From positions 32,001 to 96,000 of IMG/VR virus record IMGVR_UViG_3300014204_000129: DNA of 64,000 nucleotides; one strand, written 5' to 3'. Every line of letters starts with the position of its first letter. The stretch's first letter is position 1. The position numbers and the translations under genes were made by a program. This document shows, piece by piece, positions 18,427 through 27,880 of the stretch. The notes under the pieces are model-generated. The model was not told where the DNA came from. It saw only the letters and a program-made list of their open reading frames with translations, and did no database searches. The stretch comes from a virus (Duplodnaviria; Caudoviricetes).

Positions 18427-18718
18427 GTTCCTTATAACCATGCAGGGTTTGTGCTGTGATTACCGTTGCAAACGCAATTGCAAACAGCTCTTCTAACCAG
18501 CCACGCCAGCTCACAGGCCCTACTACATACAACATACCCACTGCTAACATATATCCAAGGACAGCATACAGTACCGCTACCACAAAAGATGCGGTGCGCT
18601 TATCTGCGCTACTGAAGCGCTCGAACCATTTCACACGTTTTACCGTGTTATAGGCCAGTATGCCAGCCCCCGGACCACCGAACAACCATTTCAATGCCAA
18701 TTCCAATGTCATCTTCAT
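18407..18718 (-). CDS. putative holin
   Basis: 2-3 TM segments, basic C-terminus, downstream of lysins. Confidence 0.6.
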   Translation of the reverse strand: MKMTLELALKWLFGGPGAGILAYNTVKRVKWFERFSSADKRTASFVVAVLYAVLGYMLAVGMLYVVGPVSWRGWLEELFAIAFATVITAQTLHGYKELDKPLK

Positions 18719-18765
18719 CTCCTAGTGTCGGTATTAATCCATAAGGGGTTAATATCTATATGGAT

Positions 18766-19518
18766 TTATACCGACATTTGTATTAGCTCAAAAGGGATCA
18801 CCTTATTTTTGACTATTCTCCACATGTTGCTAGTTAGTGCTACCTCTTCCTTAATCTTATTCCACATTGCTTCGTCAGTAGTATAGTATACTTTGTCAAA
18901 CTTAGCATTCCATCTGGTCTCAACACCAAGCTTATTAATCAATAAAACATACTCAGTGATAGGAAGATCTGTAATGAACTTAGCAGTGGAGTCTTCGGGC
19001 ACCTTATCCATCTCTACTTCTTCTTTAGTACCTGTATTATCTTTTTCTACTTTAGGACGGGGGAAGTTACTTGAGAACCTGATCCTCTCCGCAGTAGGAG
19101 TGGTCAGTGCCTCTTTTGAGAACTTCTTAATATCATTAAGGTCAACAGATATTATATTATATCCACCTAGTAGTGCTGTGTAACCCGTAAAGGTCACCCA
19201 CACAAGATCATTCTCTTGCGGGAATATAGCACACGGCGCATCATGTCTACGGAACTTAGTAGCCAAAGCCTCTCGCTTACTCTTCGGCACTCGTGCATAT
19301 ACAATATCTTGTTGAGTTAATAATGAGGCGCTGGTTAGTACTTCTGTAGTCTTCACTAATCTATAATTACCACAGATAGGACAATCTCGTCTACCACAGT
19401 ATAACTTTACTGCTAGGCTAGGACCGAACATAGTATGTGTACCACAAGGCTTAACTCGCTGCCCTGGGCACTTATCAATCTGCTCTCGTATTTCTTTGTG
19501 CGGATGCTCTATATTCAT
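18766..19518 (-). CDS. hypothetical protein with a Rep/transposase-like Zn motif
   Basis: PCG...YCGRRDCPIC. Confidence 0.6.
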   Translation of the reverse strand: MNIEHPHKEIREQIDKCPGQRVKPCGTHTMFGPSLAVKLYCGRRDCPICGNYRLVKTTEVLTSASLLTQQDIVYARVPKSKREALATKFRRHDAPCAIFPQENDLVWVTFTGYTALLGGYNIISVDLNDIKKFSKEALTTPTAERIRFSSNFPRPKVEKDNTGTKEEVEMDKVPEDSTAKFITDLPITEYVLLINKLGVETRWNAKFDKVYYTTDEAMWNKIKEEVALTSNMWRIVKNKVIPFELIQMSV

Positions 19519-20849
19519 TAGTTATCTTTCTCTATCCAACGAACATTGTTCCAATCGTTATACTTCACATAAGCAATAAACTGCTTGTCTCTTTCTTCTT
19601 CCTTACGGAATGCTTGACCGACATATACAATCCCATTATCTTCCAGGGTAAACTCTGGAGAAGCGGGCAGTCTGCCATCGCCTATATCCTTAGCTGCTTT
19701 CTCTAAGGCTGCCGCAGGGTTTAGCGGAATAATAACAGTCTGTGCTTTAGCCGCAATTCTATCTTCTAACATAGCACCTCTCTCTTGTACAGGACTAGAT
19801 CTTAATATAGTACATAGAGGCAACTTGTCCATCTCATATATAGGACAATTACCCCATCCAGGTATCCTCCACCACGCATCTCGCTCAAACCCCTCATTCT
19901 TATTACCAAAGAGTCGATTAGATAATAGCCAGGGCATATTTGCCATATACCACTTTGGGTAACTTTTCATACTCTTTAATAATTCTACGTTAAGGTCACT
20001 TGCAGACCACTGCGTTAGCTCAGGATATCTAGAGTCCGCTTTATTACCAGACCAGAAGCTACCTTCAGTAGCCATTACTGGTATAATATAGCCAAACATA
20101 TCATAGAAAATCTTACCTACTGCTTCCCACTTACGAACGCAATTACTAGCACCAGTGGGAGTGCCATCTTTATAGTAGTGTGTGTGTATGGTTTGTCCTG
20201 GGTGCTCTTTTTGGTTTATAGGGTCATCTGGGTAATTTATTGGGTGATTTAGCCCTGCCGGATGTACTGCAATCCAAGCATGATTTTTGAGAAAGGTAGT
20301 TGAGATATTTGGTATCTTTTTTAGGCTTGTTAAGAAGTTTATTAGGTATGTTATATCGTCGTAATTGCCACCGGGGCTTAGGGCATCAATAGCAGTCAGC
20401 CCACCGAGGCTAGCAATGTACTGTGCATCAGTATACCAGTCATACGCCTGTTTGTCAAATGTGGCTGTGGTCCATGTCGTTGGCCACGTCTCCCACTCTT
20501 CTACGAGATTAGGCTCATTATTACGTTCAAAGTATGCAACACCGAGGCTGCGAAGTAACTGTATGGAAGACTTCTGTTTTGGTTCTAATGTACCAGGGTT
20601 GGGTTTGGGGCGATACACACGGACAACGGGCATCATGCCCCATTTAAATGCTACTCTGCAAGCATTATAGGATGTCCCATCTACGTCAAGGAACTTTATC
20701 CAGGTTATCCCCATACTACGTAAATCTTGTAGCATGCTATCAAATAACCCTTCATTCTCTCCTAGTGGGTAGTACGCATTAGCCCCAGCATGTACTCCTA
20801 CTCCAGTATCATAGTAAGGTCTAGGGTACTTTATAGCATCAAAGTCCAT
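19518..20849 (-). CDS. GH-A clan (TIM barrel) glycoside hydrolase-like protein with C-terminal envelope-binding-like domain
   Basis: NNEPN acid/base motif, ATEG nucleophile; C-terminal IPLNPAAALEK...SPEF...Y.GQ...DWNNV. Confidence 0.65.
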   Translation of the reverse strand: MDFDAIKYPRPYYDTGVGVHAGANAYYPLGENEGLFDSMLQDLRSMGITWIKFLDVDGTSYNACRVAFKWGMMPVVRVYRPKPNPGTLEPKQKSSIQLLRSLGVAYFERNNEPNLVEEWETWPTTWTTATFDKQAYDWYTDAQYIASLGGLTAIDALSPGGNYDDITYLINFLTSLKKIPNISTTFLKNHAWIAVHPAGLNHPINYPDDPINQKEHPGQTIHTHYYKDGTPTGASNCVRKWEAVGKIFYDMFGYIIPVMATEGSFWSGNKADSRYPELTQWSASDLNVELLKSMKSYPKWYMANMPWLLSNRLFGNKNEGFERDAWWRIPGWGNCPIYEMDKLPLCTILRSSPVQERGAMLEDRIAAKAQTVIIPLNPAAALEKAAKDIGDGRLPASPEFTLEDNGIVYVGQAFRKEEERDKQFIAYVKYNDWNNVRWIEKDN

Positions 20850-21481
20850 TATAAACTCTTTTCTAGCGCTGCTAGTGGTGTAATAACCTTATCAACAAGA
20901 TTGAGTCTCATAGCTTTTAGTTCATCATTTAAATTCATTTTCTCTAGTGTACGTACTACTTCCTCGGCATTCCAACGAACAGATGTAATTACTGATTTGT
21001 TATTATCACTAAGTAATTCCATAATCATCTTATTGGTAAATGCTTTACCGGGGCAGGCAGTGTTTGCACGGGGGGCCTGTCTATGCCCAATCACCTTGCT
21101 AATCCCATGATCTAATTGCAATAGATGCACTAATCCACGCGCTGCGGCCAGTTGAGTATCATTAGGGGGTGCCTCAGTAAAATCCCCTAATAAGCATATA
21201 CCAATGCCAGTAGTATTACTGCCGTGGCCATGCCAGGTCAGATCATATACATCATTAGTCTGATAGACATTCCCATTACCATCAATGACATAATGGTATG
21301 CAATGCTAATATCTCCCTTTTCTCTTATATGATAATTAGCAATGTTCTTCAGGTGCTGTAGTGTGCCTTCTTTAGGCAGGCTGGGCCCGACACTATGGTG
21401 AATTACTGCTGTGTCTACTTCAGTTCGTCTCTCCCATTTACCTTTCCTCGGCATGTCACTTATAACATTTATAATATTCAT
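20849..21481 (-). CDS. N-acetylmuramoyl-L-alanine amidase (Amidase_2) endolysin
   Basis: VIHHS, IAYHYVI, WH, GIGICL.GDF, GHR, TACPG. Confidence 0.92.
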   Translation of the reverse strand: MNIINVISDMPRKGKWERRTEVDTAVIHHSVGPSLPKEGTLQHLKNIANYHIREKGDISIAYHYVIDGNGNVYQTNDVYDLTWHGHGSNTTGIGICLLGDFTEAPPNDTQLAAARGLVHLLQLDHGISKVIGHRQAPRANTACPGKAFTNKMIMELLSDNNKSVITSVRWNAEEVVRTLEKMNLNDELKAMRLNLVDKVITPLAALEKSL

Positions 21482-21485
21482 ATCA

Positions 21486-21677
21486 TTAATTACCGATCTT
21501 TACAGTACCTAAGTTGGGTAGTATACCAAATACAGATAATATCCATAGACATACAAGTACAATTACAACTATATTTACAATCTTCTTCATTGTGGCCTGC
21601 ATGGGAATATAAGTATTAACAACCCACAACAGTACCCCAATGACAATAAGTGTAACTAGTAAAGAAATAACTGACAT
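21486..21677 (-). CDS. Thivi_2564-like two-TM membrane protein
   Basis: LIVIGVLLWVVNTYIPM...KKIVNIVV pattern. Confidence 0.75.
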   Translation of the reverse strand: MSVISLLVTLIVIGVLLWVVNTYIPMQATMKKIVNIVVIVLVCLWILSVFGILPNLGTVKIGN

Positions 21678-21688
21678 AAAACTACTCC

Positions 21689-22066
21689 TTATATAAACTT
21701 CAGTACAACACCTATAACCATACTTAATATAGTAATACCAATACCAAAGGCCCAGATTCTACCTTCGATATTTGATTGAAACTTCTCAAGATCCCGTAGT
21801 CGTTTATCAATCGAGATCATCTGTACATCTATTAAGTCTCGTCTGGCAAAGGCCATTGCTTGGTCTTGCATCTGAGCTCGGAATTCGTTGAGGAGATCTA
21901 GTCTCCTTTCCTGTGCAACTAGAGCCACAGCAAGTGCCTTTTCTGACGATAGAAACTTTGAGTCTACGATGGCTCTCAACTGCTCTAGACTGCCATATAG
22001 AGCAGCCATTCTGGCATCACAAAAGTCACGATATGTTACTTGATAACTGGAATCTGGTGTACTCAT
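21689..22066 (-). CDS. coiled-coil + C-terminal TM protein (holin/XhlA-like)
   Basis: coiled coil then TM; in the lysis cluster. Confidence 0.6.
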   Translation of the reverse strand: MSTPDSSYQVTYRDFCDARMAALYGSLEQLRAIVDSKFLSSEKALAVALVAQERRLDLLNEFRAQMQDQAMAFARRDLIDVQMISIDKRLRDLEKFQSNIEGRIWAFGIGITILSMVIGVVLKFI

Positions 22067-22090
22067 TACCTTCTCTCTAATTCAATAAGA

Positions 22091-22381
22091 TTAAAACTCA
22101 CTATCGTATACAAAGAAATGAACCTCAGCAGCGGCCTGACCAGCACCCGTACTATACCATCTGCAATACCAATCACCACTACTTGTAGTATTTATATTAA
22201 TATAATATACACCAGTACCTGTTCGTATAATCTGCCCGCCAACACCATAGATGTATGTGGTGTCTACTTTAGCAGGAGTCTGTACTTGTGCAGAGACTAC
22301 TGTTGGATCAATAACGGTACCTGTGCTATCTTTAAACGTAGCCGTAACCTTTATTAAATTACCCTTATAATATCTATTCAT
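22091..22381 (-). CDS. Ig-like virion/baseplate-associated protein
   Basis: beta-sandwich pattern, GTGVYY...GDWYCRW. Confidence 0.55.
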   Translation of the reverse strand: MNRYYKGNLIKVTATFKDSTGTVIDPTVVSAQVQTPAKVDTTYIYGVGGQIIRTGTGVYYININTTSSGDWYCRWYSTGAGQAAAEVHFFVYDSEF

Positions 22382-22563
22382 GCTTGTTCATCCACAAGAG
22401 TTACTGTACTATTACTAATATTAGTTAATGTTATTGTAGAGGAGGAGCTGTCTACAACTGTAATAGTTATAGGAGAGTCAAAGGCTGTAATGACTGGGGT
22501 CTTCATAGAGACATCTACAATACTGCAAGGAACAATTACTGTCATTCTATTGTCACCGTACAA
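22378..22563 (-). CDS. hypothetical protein
   Basis: coupled ORF. Confidence 0.5.
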   Translation of the reverse strand: MYGDNRMTVIVPCSIVDVSMKTPVITAFDSPITITVVDSSSSTITLTNISNSTVTLVDEQA

Positions 22564-22952
22564 ATCCCACTAGCATTCCATACTATCTTAAACTCTTCAC
22601 TGGTAGCTGTAACATTAGCCCCAAAATCAACATAGAACAGAAGGTTAGAGGATGTATATGCTACTGCATACCTAGCAGTGAAAGAGGAGCTTGGCCAGCT
22701 TACATCATCAGCATCTAAGGTAACAACTTTGGCGAGGTAAGCAACTGTGCAGTTGTCAAGGACTGCCCCACCTACTGTATACCCACTGCCAGCAGCAAGC
22801 TCGCCCTCAATATCCACATATTCTATGTCACCATCTTGAGAAGGTGTATATGTATTATCGCATAGTGCTACCTTTATAGTGTCATTCTCAAAGTCTACAC
22901 TATGATCTAATATACTCTCTATACCCGCCCCATACCATTTTATAGTAACCAT
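22542..22952 (-). CDS. minor tail/fibre-associated protein
   Basis: IKVAL...YTP, GSGYTVGG, DADDVSW, ARYAV.Y, F.I.W...G. Confidence 0.7.
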   Translation of the reverse strand: MVTIKWYGAGIESILDHSVDFENDTIKVALCDNTYTPSQDGDIEYVDIEGELAAGSGYTVGGAVLDNCTVAYLAKVVTLDADDVSWPSSSFTARYAVAYTSSNLLFYVDFGANVTATSEEFKIVWNASGICTVTIE

Positions 22953-23152
22953 TACTTATTACAATCCGTTATAGTATCAACTAACTCATTTCTATTAACC
23001 TTAGCAATCTTACACCAGTACTCACAATTATTATCAGTCAATAAGAACTCCTTAGCACGATGCTTAGCTGCCTTAGTTCCATAAAGCAGGTCAGCTACAG
23101 CAGTAGCAAGTACTCCTTTTGCCAATTCTTCCACAGACACTTTATTCTCCAA
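22952..23152 (-). CDS. hypothetical protein
   Basis: coupled ORF. Confidence 0.6.
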   Translation of the reverse strand: MENKVSVEELAKGVLATAVADLLYGTKAAKHRAKEFLLTDNNCEYWCKIAKVNRNELVDTITDCNK

Positions 23153-23852
23153 GCTTAGCTAGAGTTTCCCAATCTGACCACTGATCTAGTTGCCAAGCAT
23201 AACTATCTCTAAGTATTACCGCTCCATTACACATTATAGGATTATTAGTTGGTTGTATAATATCATACTCAAGTTCACCAGCACAGGTTCCTATTACCAT
23301 ACCTACATATTTACCACTGATATCCTGTGTCTTTGCAATAAGATGCATATGACCAGCAATTACATTACATTGATACTTTGCACAATATTGCGCAATCAAC
23401 CCACCTGGATTAGGGCGGGAGTAGTTACCTGGATGACATATCATCCATGAACCATCTTCTGTCATTGCATAGTACATTCTTGAAAATGATACACGATCAG
23501 ATGTTGTAACCAGACGCTTGAGACGATCTTGTGATATCTGATCCTTACCCAGGCGTTTATATAGTCGCTCTTCATGGTTGCCCATGAGCCACAGTATAGA
23601 AGGAAAGTCTGCTAGTGTTACATCTGTTATATGTTCAGCAGCCGCTAATCCCTGTTCTATTATCTTACTCTCATCATATATGTAAGAAGAGTATTGTTCT
23701 AAATCTAATAGATCACCTAGTATTACCACATTATTAATTCCCCAGGACTTTGCTAACTTTACAACCCTATCTATAAACTCATTGTTTTGATAAGGACAGT
23801 GTAGGTCAGCTAGTACCAGGGTTGAGTTAGGAACGGTTGGAGGAACTAACAC
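23142..23852 (-). CDS. calcineurin-like metallophosphoesterase
   Basis: DLH, GDLLD, GNHE, H, GHMH. Confidence 0.9.
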   Translation of the reverse strand: MLVPPTVPNSTLVLADLHCPYQNNEFIDRVVKLAKSWGINNVVILGDLLDLEQYSSYIYDESKIIEQGLAAAEHITDVTLADFPSILWLMGNHEERLYKRLGKDQISQDRLKRLVTTSDRVSFSRMYYAMTEDGSWMICHPGNYSRPNPGGLIAQYCAKYQCNVIAGHMHLIAKTQDISGKYVGMVIGTCAGELEYDIIQPTNNPIMCNGAVILRDSYAWQLDQWSDWETLAKLGE

Positions 23853-24176
23853 TTATTCCCCCAACCCTATATCAAGTTTAGCGCATAAATCTACTACATC
23901 AGTATGTACAGGGATATTCTTACTATTATTAATAGTCTCCTTAATAAATACTATAAGATTATCATCTATTGAGTGGTCCGATGCACTTGGGTTTGTCCAG
24001 GTCATACTACCATCACTACTAATAATAAGGCCCAGTCTACTCTTTTCTTCTTCAGTAAACTCTAATATATCAATAACTTTTAGTGCTTTATTAACAGTCC
24101 GTAGGTCACCACGGGTACCGGATAGGATGTTAAGTATCAGCGCTCGTTGCCATGTTGTTAGTGTAATTGTTTTCAT
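23853..24176 (-). CDS. hypothetical protein
   Basis: GAGG RBS; promoter motif upstream. Confidence 0.7.
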   Translation of the reverse strand: MKTITLTTWQRALILNILSGTRGDLRTVNKALKVIDILEFTEEEKSRLGLIISSDGSMTWTNPSASDHSIDDNLIVFIKETINNSKNIPVHTDVVDLCAKLDIGLGE

Positions 24177-24193
24177 TCTACCTCACTGCTTCT

Positions 24194-24206
24194 ATTATAC
24201 CACATC
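24194..24206 (-). promoter_or_regulatory. GATGTGNTATAAT extended -10 motif (copy)
   Basis: GATGTGGTATAAT. Confidence 0.6.
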
Positions 24207-24226
24207 TGTGCAACAGGCGCAAGATG

Positions 24227-24334
24227 CTACTTCTTATCCTTTTTCTTCTTATCCTTATCATCCTTAGATTTGTTATCCTTAGATTTACTATCCTTCGATT
24301 TATCCAACCACGGCGGCAATGTCTTCTTCTTCAT
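24227..24334 (-). CDS. 35 aa Lys/Asp-rich microprotein
   Basis: AGGAG RBS; MKKKTLPPWLDKSKDSKSKDNKSKDDKDKKKKDKK. Confidence 0.6.
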   Translation of the reverse strand: MKKKTLPPWLDKSKDSKSKDNKSKDDKDKKKKDKK

Positions 24335-24351
24335 AATATTCTCCTATATAC

Positions 24352-24374
24352 TATTATATCACATCCTGTCAAGA
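24352..24374 (-). promoter_or_regulatory. 23-bp element identical to 57636..57658, containing an extended -10
   Basis: TCTTGACAGGATGTGATATAATA on the - strand at both loci. Confidence 0.7.
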
Positions 24375-24410
24375 CTTTTTCTTCTTCAGGCATACTATTT
24401 TCTCCTAGAT

Positions 24411-24584
24411 TTATGTTAAAGCCTCTTGTAGGCGTTTTAGAGAGACAGTAAGGGCTTCTAAGATCATTGTTAGATCTGCTAGTATTAATTCCACTTGCTC
24501 TCTATTATTGATATTTATGCACTTGACTTGTCCTGGGGGCCCTATAGCTCCTTCATCTTTATCCCTAGATAATAGACATATCAT
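24411..24584 (-). CDS. 57 aa hypothetical protein
   Basis: AGGAG RBS; TAATG overlap with the upstream ORF. Confidence 0.55.
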   Translation of the reverse strand: MICLLSRDKDEGAIGPPGQVKCININNREQVELILADLTMILEALTVSLKRLQEALT

Positions 24585-24703
24585 TACTTTCTCCTAGATT
24601 TATGTCTACGTACTTTAGTACCATACTTACGAGCCCAACGCTTAGCAATCTTAGGGTGAAATTTGAACATATACTGCCGCTGCTTTTTAGATTTAAATGG
24701 CAT
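24584..24703 (-). CDS. 39 aa basic phage microprotein (MPFKS family-like)
   Basis: AGGAG RBS; MPFKSKKQRQYMFKFHPKIAKRWARKYG. Confidence 0.7.
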   Translation of the reverse strand: MPFKSKKQRQYMFKFHPKIAKRWARKYGTKVRRHKSRRK

Positions 24704-24707
24704 GGAA

Positions 24708-25988
24708 TTAATCTCCTAGTAATTTAGGATCTGCCCCCATAGTTAGAAGTACTTGTTCATATCGCGCAACTTTACTTGCTAACTGTCTAATAGCACCATT
24801 ATGTAACCGAGCAAGTTTTTTGCCTGAGACGAAGTGATGGCCGTCCTCATTGTAATGAATAATACCCAGTTTACTAAGAAGTTGCTTATTGTCTTCAGTC
24901 CAGTCATCCCAAGCCTTGTCTAATGTGTTATCTACAGTATTACACAGTGCTACGTCATCTATGGAGTCGTAGGCACTACCACTACCATCATATAGATAGT
25001 CCCCGTCTTCATCAACAATAAATACAGTACTTGTATATGTTGCAATAACAAATGTATTGGCATCTGCCCCCTGCCAGGAGGCTCCTGTACCAGACTTCTT
25101 ATAGGCTGCAAATGCTATAGGTGCTGTTGCCGAAGAGCTCTTTGTAGTATCGTCTAAAGTATAATATGCAATTCCTGTAAGAGCGTTGGCATGTGAAGAA
25201 AATCCCCAAAAGGCTAGACCACCATGAACGGCTGCACTTTTTTGGAAAGCACCATAAGTATCTGTTTCAGCATAAGAGGTTCCACCGTGTGCTACGTCAT
25301 CTGATTTAAAAGCTAGTATCTGATTATCATATGTAGATTGATTTATAGTAATACCTACGGTCATATTAGCGTTTGAAGAATCATTAATATATAAGCACCT
25401 TTGTGCCCATATATCCCCTCCACCAGTTACAATAAACTTAGCATAAGAATTATTGTAACTTCTAACAACGAATATATTAGCATTAGTACCAGGGACGGTA
25501 GAATTATCTGAGTCGGCCTTACCCGTATCTATAATAACATACCCAGTGCAACTGCCCCCTTTTGTAGTATCTTCTGTCGTGCCAAGCCCAACAATTTGTA
25601 TACCTTTATAAGCTGTGCTAAAACCACGTAACATTACTCCGCCTGCACCAGTATCTGCTTTAGAAAAGCTACTAAAGGTATCTGCTTCTGTGTATCCTGT
25701 AAAGCTATGAGAAACATCACTGGATTTTAAAGCAAGTATTTCATTATCAGAAGCACCCTGATTAATAGTAAGTCCGATAGTCATTAGACCATTAGCACTA
25801 TCATTAATATATACTTTACTAGTACTTATCTGTGCAGGGATATCAACAGTATTTATAGCACGAAATGTTGGGATAGCGTTGGCACCACTAGTAGGCCCGG
25901 CATAGAAGGTGTTAGCAGGCTCTGTGCCAGATACCCCACCAGTATTTACTATATTCTTTATGCGACCTAATGAATCAAGTACTCTCAT
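24708..25988 (-). CDS. tail fibre/receptor-binding protein with internal duplication and chaperone-like C-terminus
   Basis: two YINDS.N..MT.G.TINQ...DN.ILA.KS.DV.H repeats; C-terminal LHNGAIRQL coiled coil. Confidence 0.75.
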   Translation of the reverse strand: MRVLDSLGRIKNIVNTGGVSGTEPANTFYAGPTSGANAIPTFRAINTVDIPAQISTSKVYINDSANGLMTIGLTINQGASDNEILALKSSDVSHSFTGYTEADTFSSFSKADTGAGGVMLRGFSTAYKGIQIVGLGTTEDTTKGGSCTGYVIIDTGKADSDNSTVPGTNANIFVVRSYNNSYAKFIVTGGGDIWAQRCLYINDSSNANMTVGITINQSTYDNQILAFKSDDVAHGGTSYAETDTYGAFQKSAAVHGGLAFWGFSSHANALTGIAYYTLDDTTKSSSATAPIAFAAYKKSGTGASWQGADANTFVIATYTSTVFIVDEDGDYLYDGSGSAYDSIDDVALCNTVDNTLDKAWDDWTEDNKQLLSKLGIIHYNEDGHHFVSGKKLARLHNGAIRQLASKVARYEQVLLTMGADPKLLGD

Positions 25989-26023
25989 ATTTAATCCTTA
26001 TATTGACACACAGTGTCTACCTC

Positions 26024-27880
26024 CTATGAGGGTATGCGGTGGATGGAAACCCAGTTGTGGAAACCCCACTCAGACAAAGATATGGAACCACCAGAGAGTT
26101 GGTATAGACCAATTTGTAGTGTGTCTCCGATGTTCAGCCACACATCCGCGCTTCCATGAAGCGTTTTTGTTTGAGCAGTCGCGCCACTCGCAATGTAATC
26201 ATTGTCACTAAGCTCAGGAGAGTTCACTGTGCCATTGATGACAATGTGGAAAGTAGCAGCTTCTCCGAGAGCCCAGGCAGTGCTGGCCGCGAATGTTATA
26301 CGTGCATCCACATGGTAGATGCCCGGTGTTTGTGCTGTGAAGCGCCAATTTGAACCTGTGATGACCCAGCCGCAGTTGTCATACACCTTGTCTTCGAAGT
26401 TCACTCTGGCATCTGCGCCATAACCAATGCTCTGCTGTGCGTTGGTACTATATCGCACCGCAGGTTGCCACTCATCTCTCGTGCTCACCGCCCCCGGTGA
26501 TGCTGGCATCCCGCAGTCGTACAATGCCTTGACCTCGGTAGCGGAGAGGGCGCGAGGGAGAATGAGTAGGTCGTCAATGAGGCCGTTGGCCCACTCACCT
26601 GGTGTTGTATTACTCCCGACGGTGAAGTGATCGGCAGAGGCTGTGCACGCCGCCTGAGCGCCACTGTTTAGTAAAGTACCATTCATGTACAGGGAAGTTA
26701 TCGCCCCGTCATAGGTGACGACCAAGTGATGCCATGTATCGACACCGAATGCCTGAGCGCTAATTATACGTGTTGCCCATGGTCCCCAACAGCCGATGAC
26801 ATTGCCCTGATCGTATCGCAGGATCACATATCCAGTACCACCATCATACTGGAATAGATTCTGGGAAACGGCTGCCACAGTCTTGTCCGCAACAATCATC
26901 ATCCAACCAGCAACCGTACCTGCCCCCAATGCCAGGTTGCCGACATATGGATAGTTGAACTCGGCAGCCGTCCGGCTACTTGTACTCGCGTGCGCCGTAC
27001 CCGACCAGGTGTGACCACTGCCGAGGCTGCCGTCGCAGTAGGGCGTGGCGTAGGCTTTCAATTCAAGTTGAGCTGCATCCATATAGACTGTGCTATTAGC
27101 AGCGATGAACTGAATGGCCAGCATCGCAGCTACCGTGTTAGCAGGTGCCACGACAGTTGCGCTGATCCGGGTCATCGCAGAAGTGCTGAGTCGTGAGGTA
27201 ATGTCTACCTCAGTAGCAGCAAACCACGCCCCGCCAGCGTTATACCAATTGACCTCATACTTGACCAAGGCACCGGCTGCTAGAGTTACTGCCCCAAGAT
27301 AGGCAGAGACCGAAAGAGATGCCCCGGCAGCGATAGCCACACGCCCCCCGGCTCCTTTCGCGGCATTGGCGTACATCTCGAAGGTTGACTTGCTGTTGCC
27401 GTAGGTAAATGCCAGCTTATAGCACGCTACCCCATAAACGTAGTTGACAAGATCACGACTGGCAACGAGCACAGAGGTGCCAAAGCCATTATTGACGGTA
27501 TTGCAGTCGGTGGCATTCACTTCAGCAGAGGGATTTCCTGCATAGTTGGTCGTAGCCTCTGCTACCTGAAGTGCCTTGCCAAACTTTCCTGGTCGCCAGA
27601 TGACTCCTGTTCCAGCGAAGGAGCCGACCTGTCCGAGGTGCCCATTCGGGTTGCCGGTGAAGTCAGTATTATAAGGCACTGGGCCATCAAAGTGACTAAT
27701 AAGCAATGCATCTGGAAATACATTAGCAACGGGATTAACAGCCCTAACCCACTTACTGGTAGTCGCATCATATACCATTATATCATTATCTTGAGGGCTG
27801 CTTATATTGACGTCAGCAAGATCATCAAGGCCCCCCGCAGATACCTGCTTTATAGCACCGCTACTTGTTAGTACTCTCAT
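26024..27880 (-). CDS. receptor-binding protein with LamG/ConA-like, CBM-like and C1q-like modules
   Basis: WHHLVVTYDG..SLYMNG...IDDL.I..RALS..EV; FTAQTPGIYHV. Confidence 0.8.
   Translation of the reverse strand: MRVLTSSGAIKQVSAGGLDDLADVNISSPQDNDIMVYDATTSKWVRAVNPVANVFPDALLISHFDGPVPYNTDFTGNPNGHLGQVGSFAGTGVIWRPGKFGKALQVAEATTNYAGNPSAEVNATDCNTVNNGFGTSVLVASRDLVNYVYGVACYKLAFTYGNSKSTFEMYANAAKGAGGRVAIAAGASLSVSAYLGAVTLAAGALVKYEVNWYNAGGAWFAATEVDITSRLSTSAMTRISATVVAPANTVAAMLAIQFIAANSTVYMDAAQLELKAYATPYCDGSLGSGHTWSGTAHASTSSRTAAEFNYPYVGNLALGAGTVAGWMMIVADKTVAAVSQNLFQYDGGTGYVILRYDQGNVIGCWGPWATRIISAQAFGVDTWHHLVVTYDGAITSLYMNGTLLNSGAQAACTASADHFTVGSNTTPGEWANGLIDDLLILPRALSATEVKALYDCGMPASPGAVSTRDEWQPAVRYSTNAQQSIGYGADARVNFEDKVYDNCGWVITGSNWRFTAQTPGIYHVDARITFAASTAWALGEAATFHIVINGTVNSPELSDNDYIASGATAQTKTLHGSADVWLNIGDTLQIGLYQLSGGSISLSEWGFHNWVSIHRIPS

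Noticed and set aside
24167-24451. + strand 94 aa hydrophobic ORF
   Set aside because: Antisense of the K/D-rich microprotein; RBS and promoter signals are on the - strand
24708-27880. Diversity-generating retroelement targeting the fibres
   Set aside because: No reverse transcriptase and no adenine-variant TR/VR pair seen in the window
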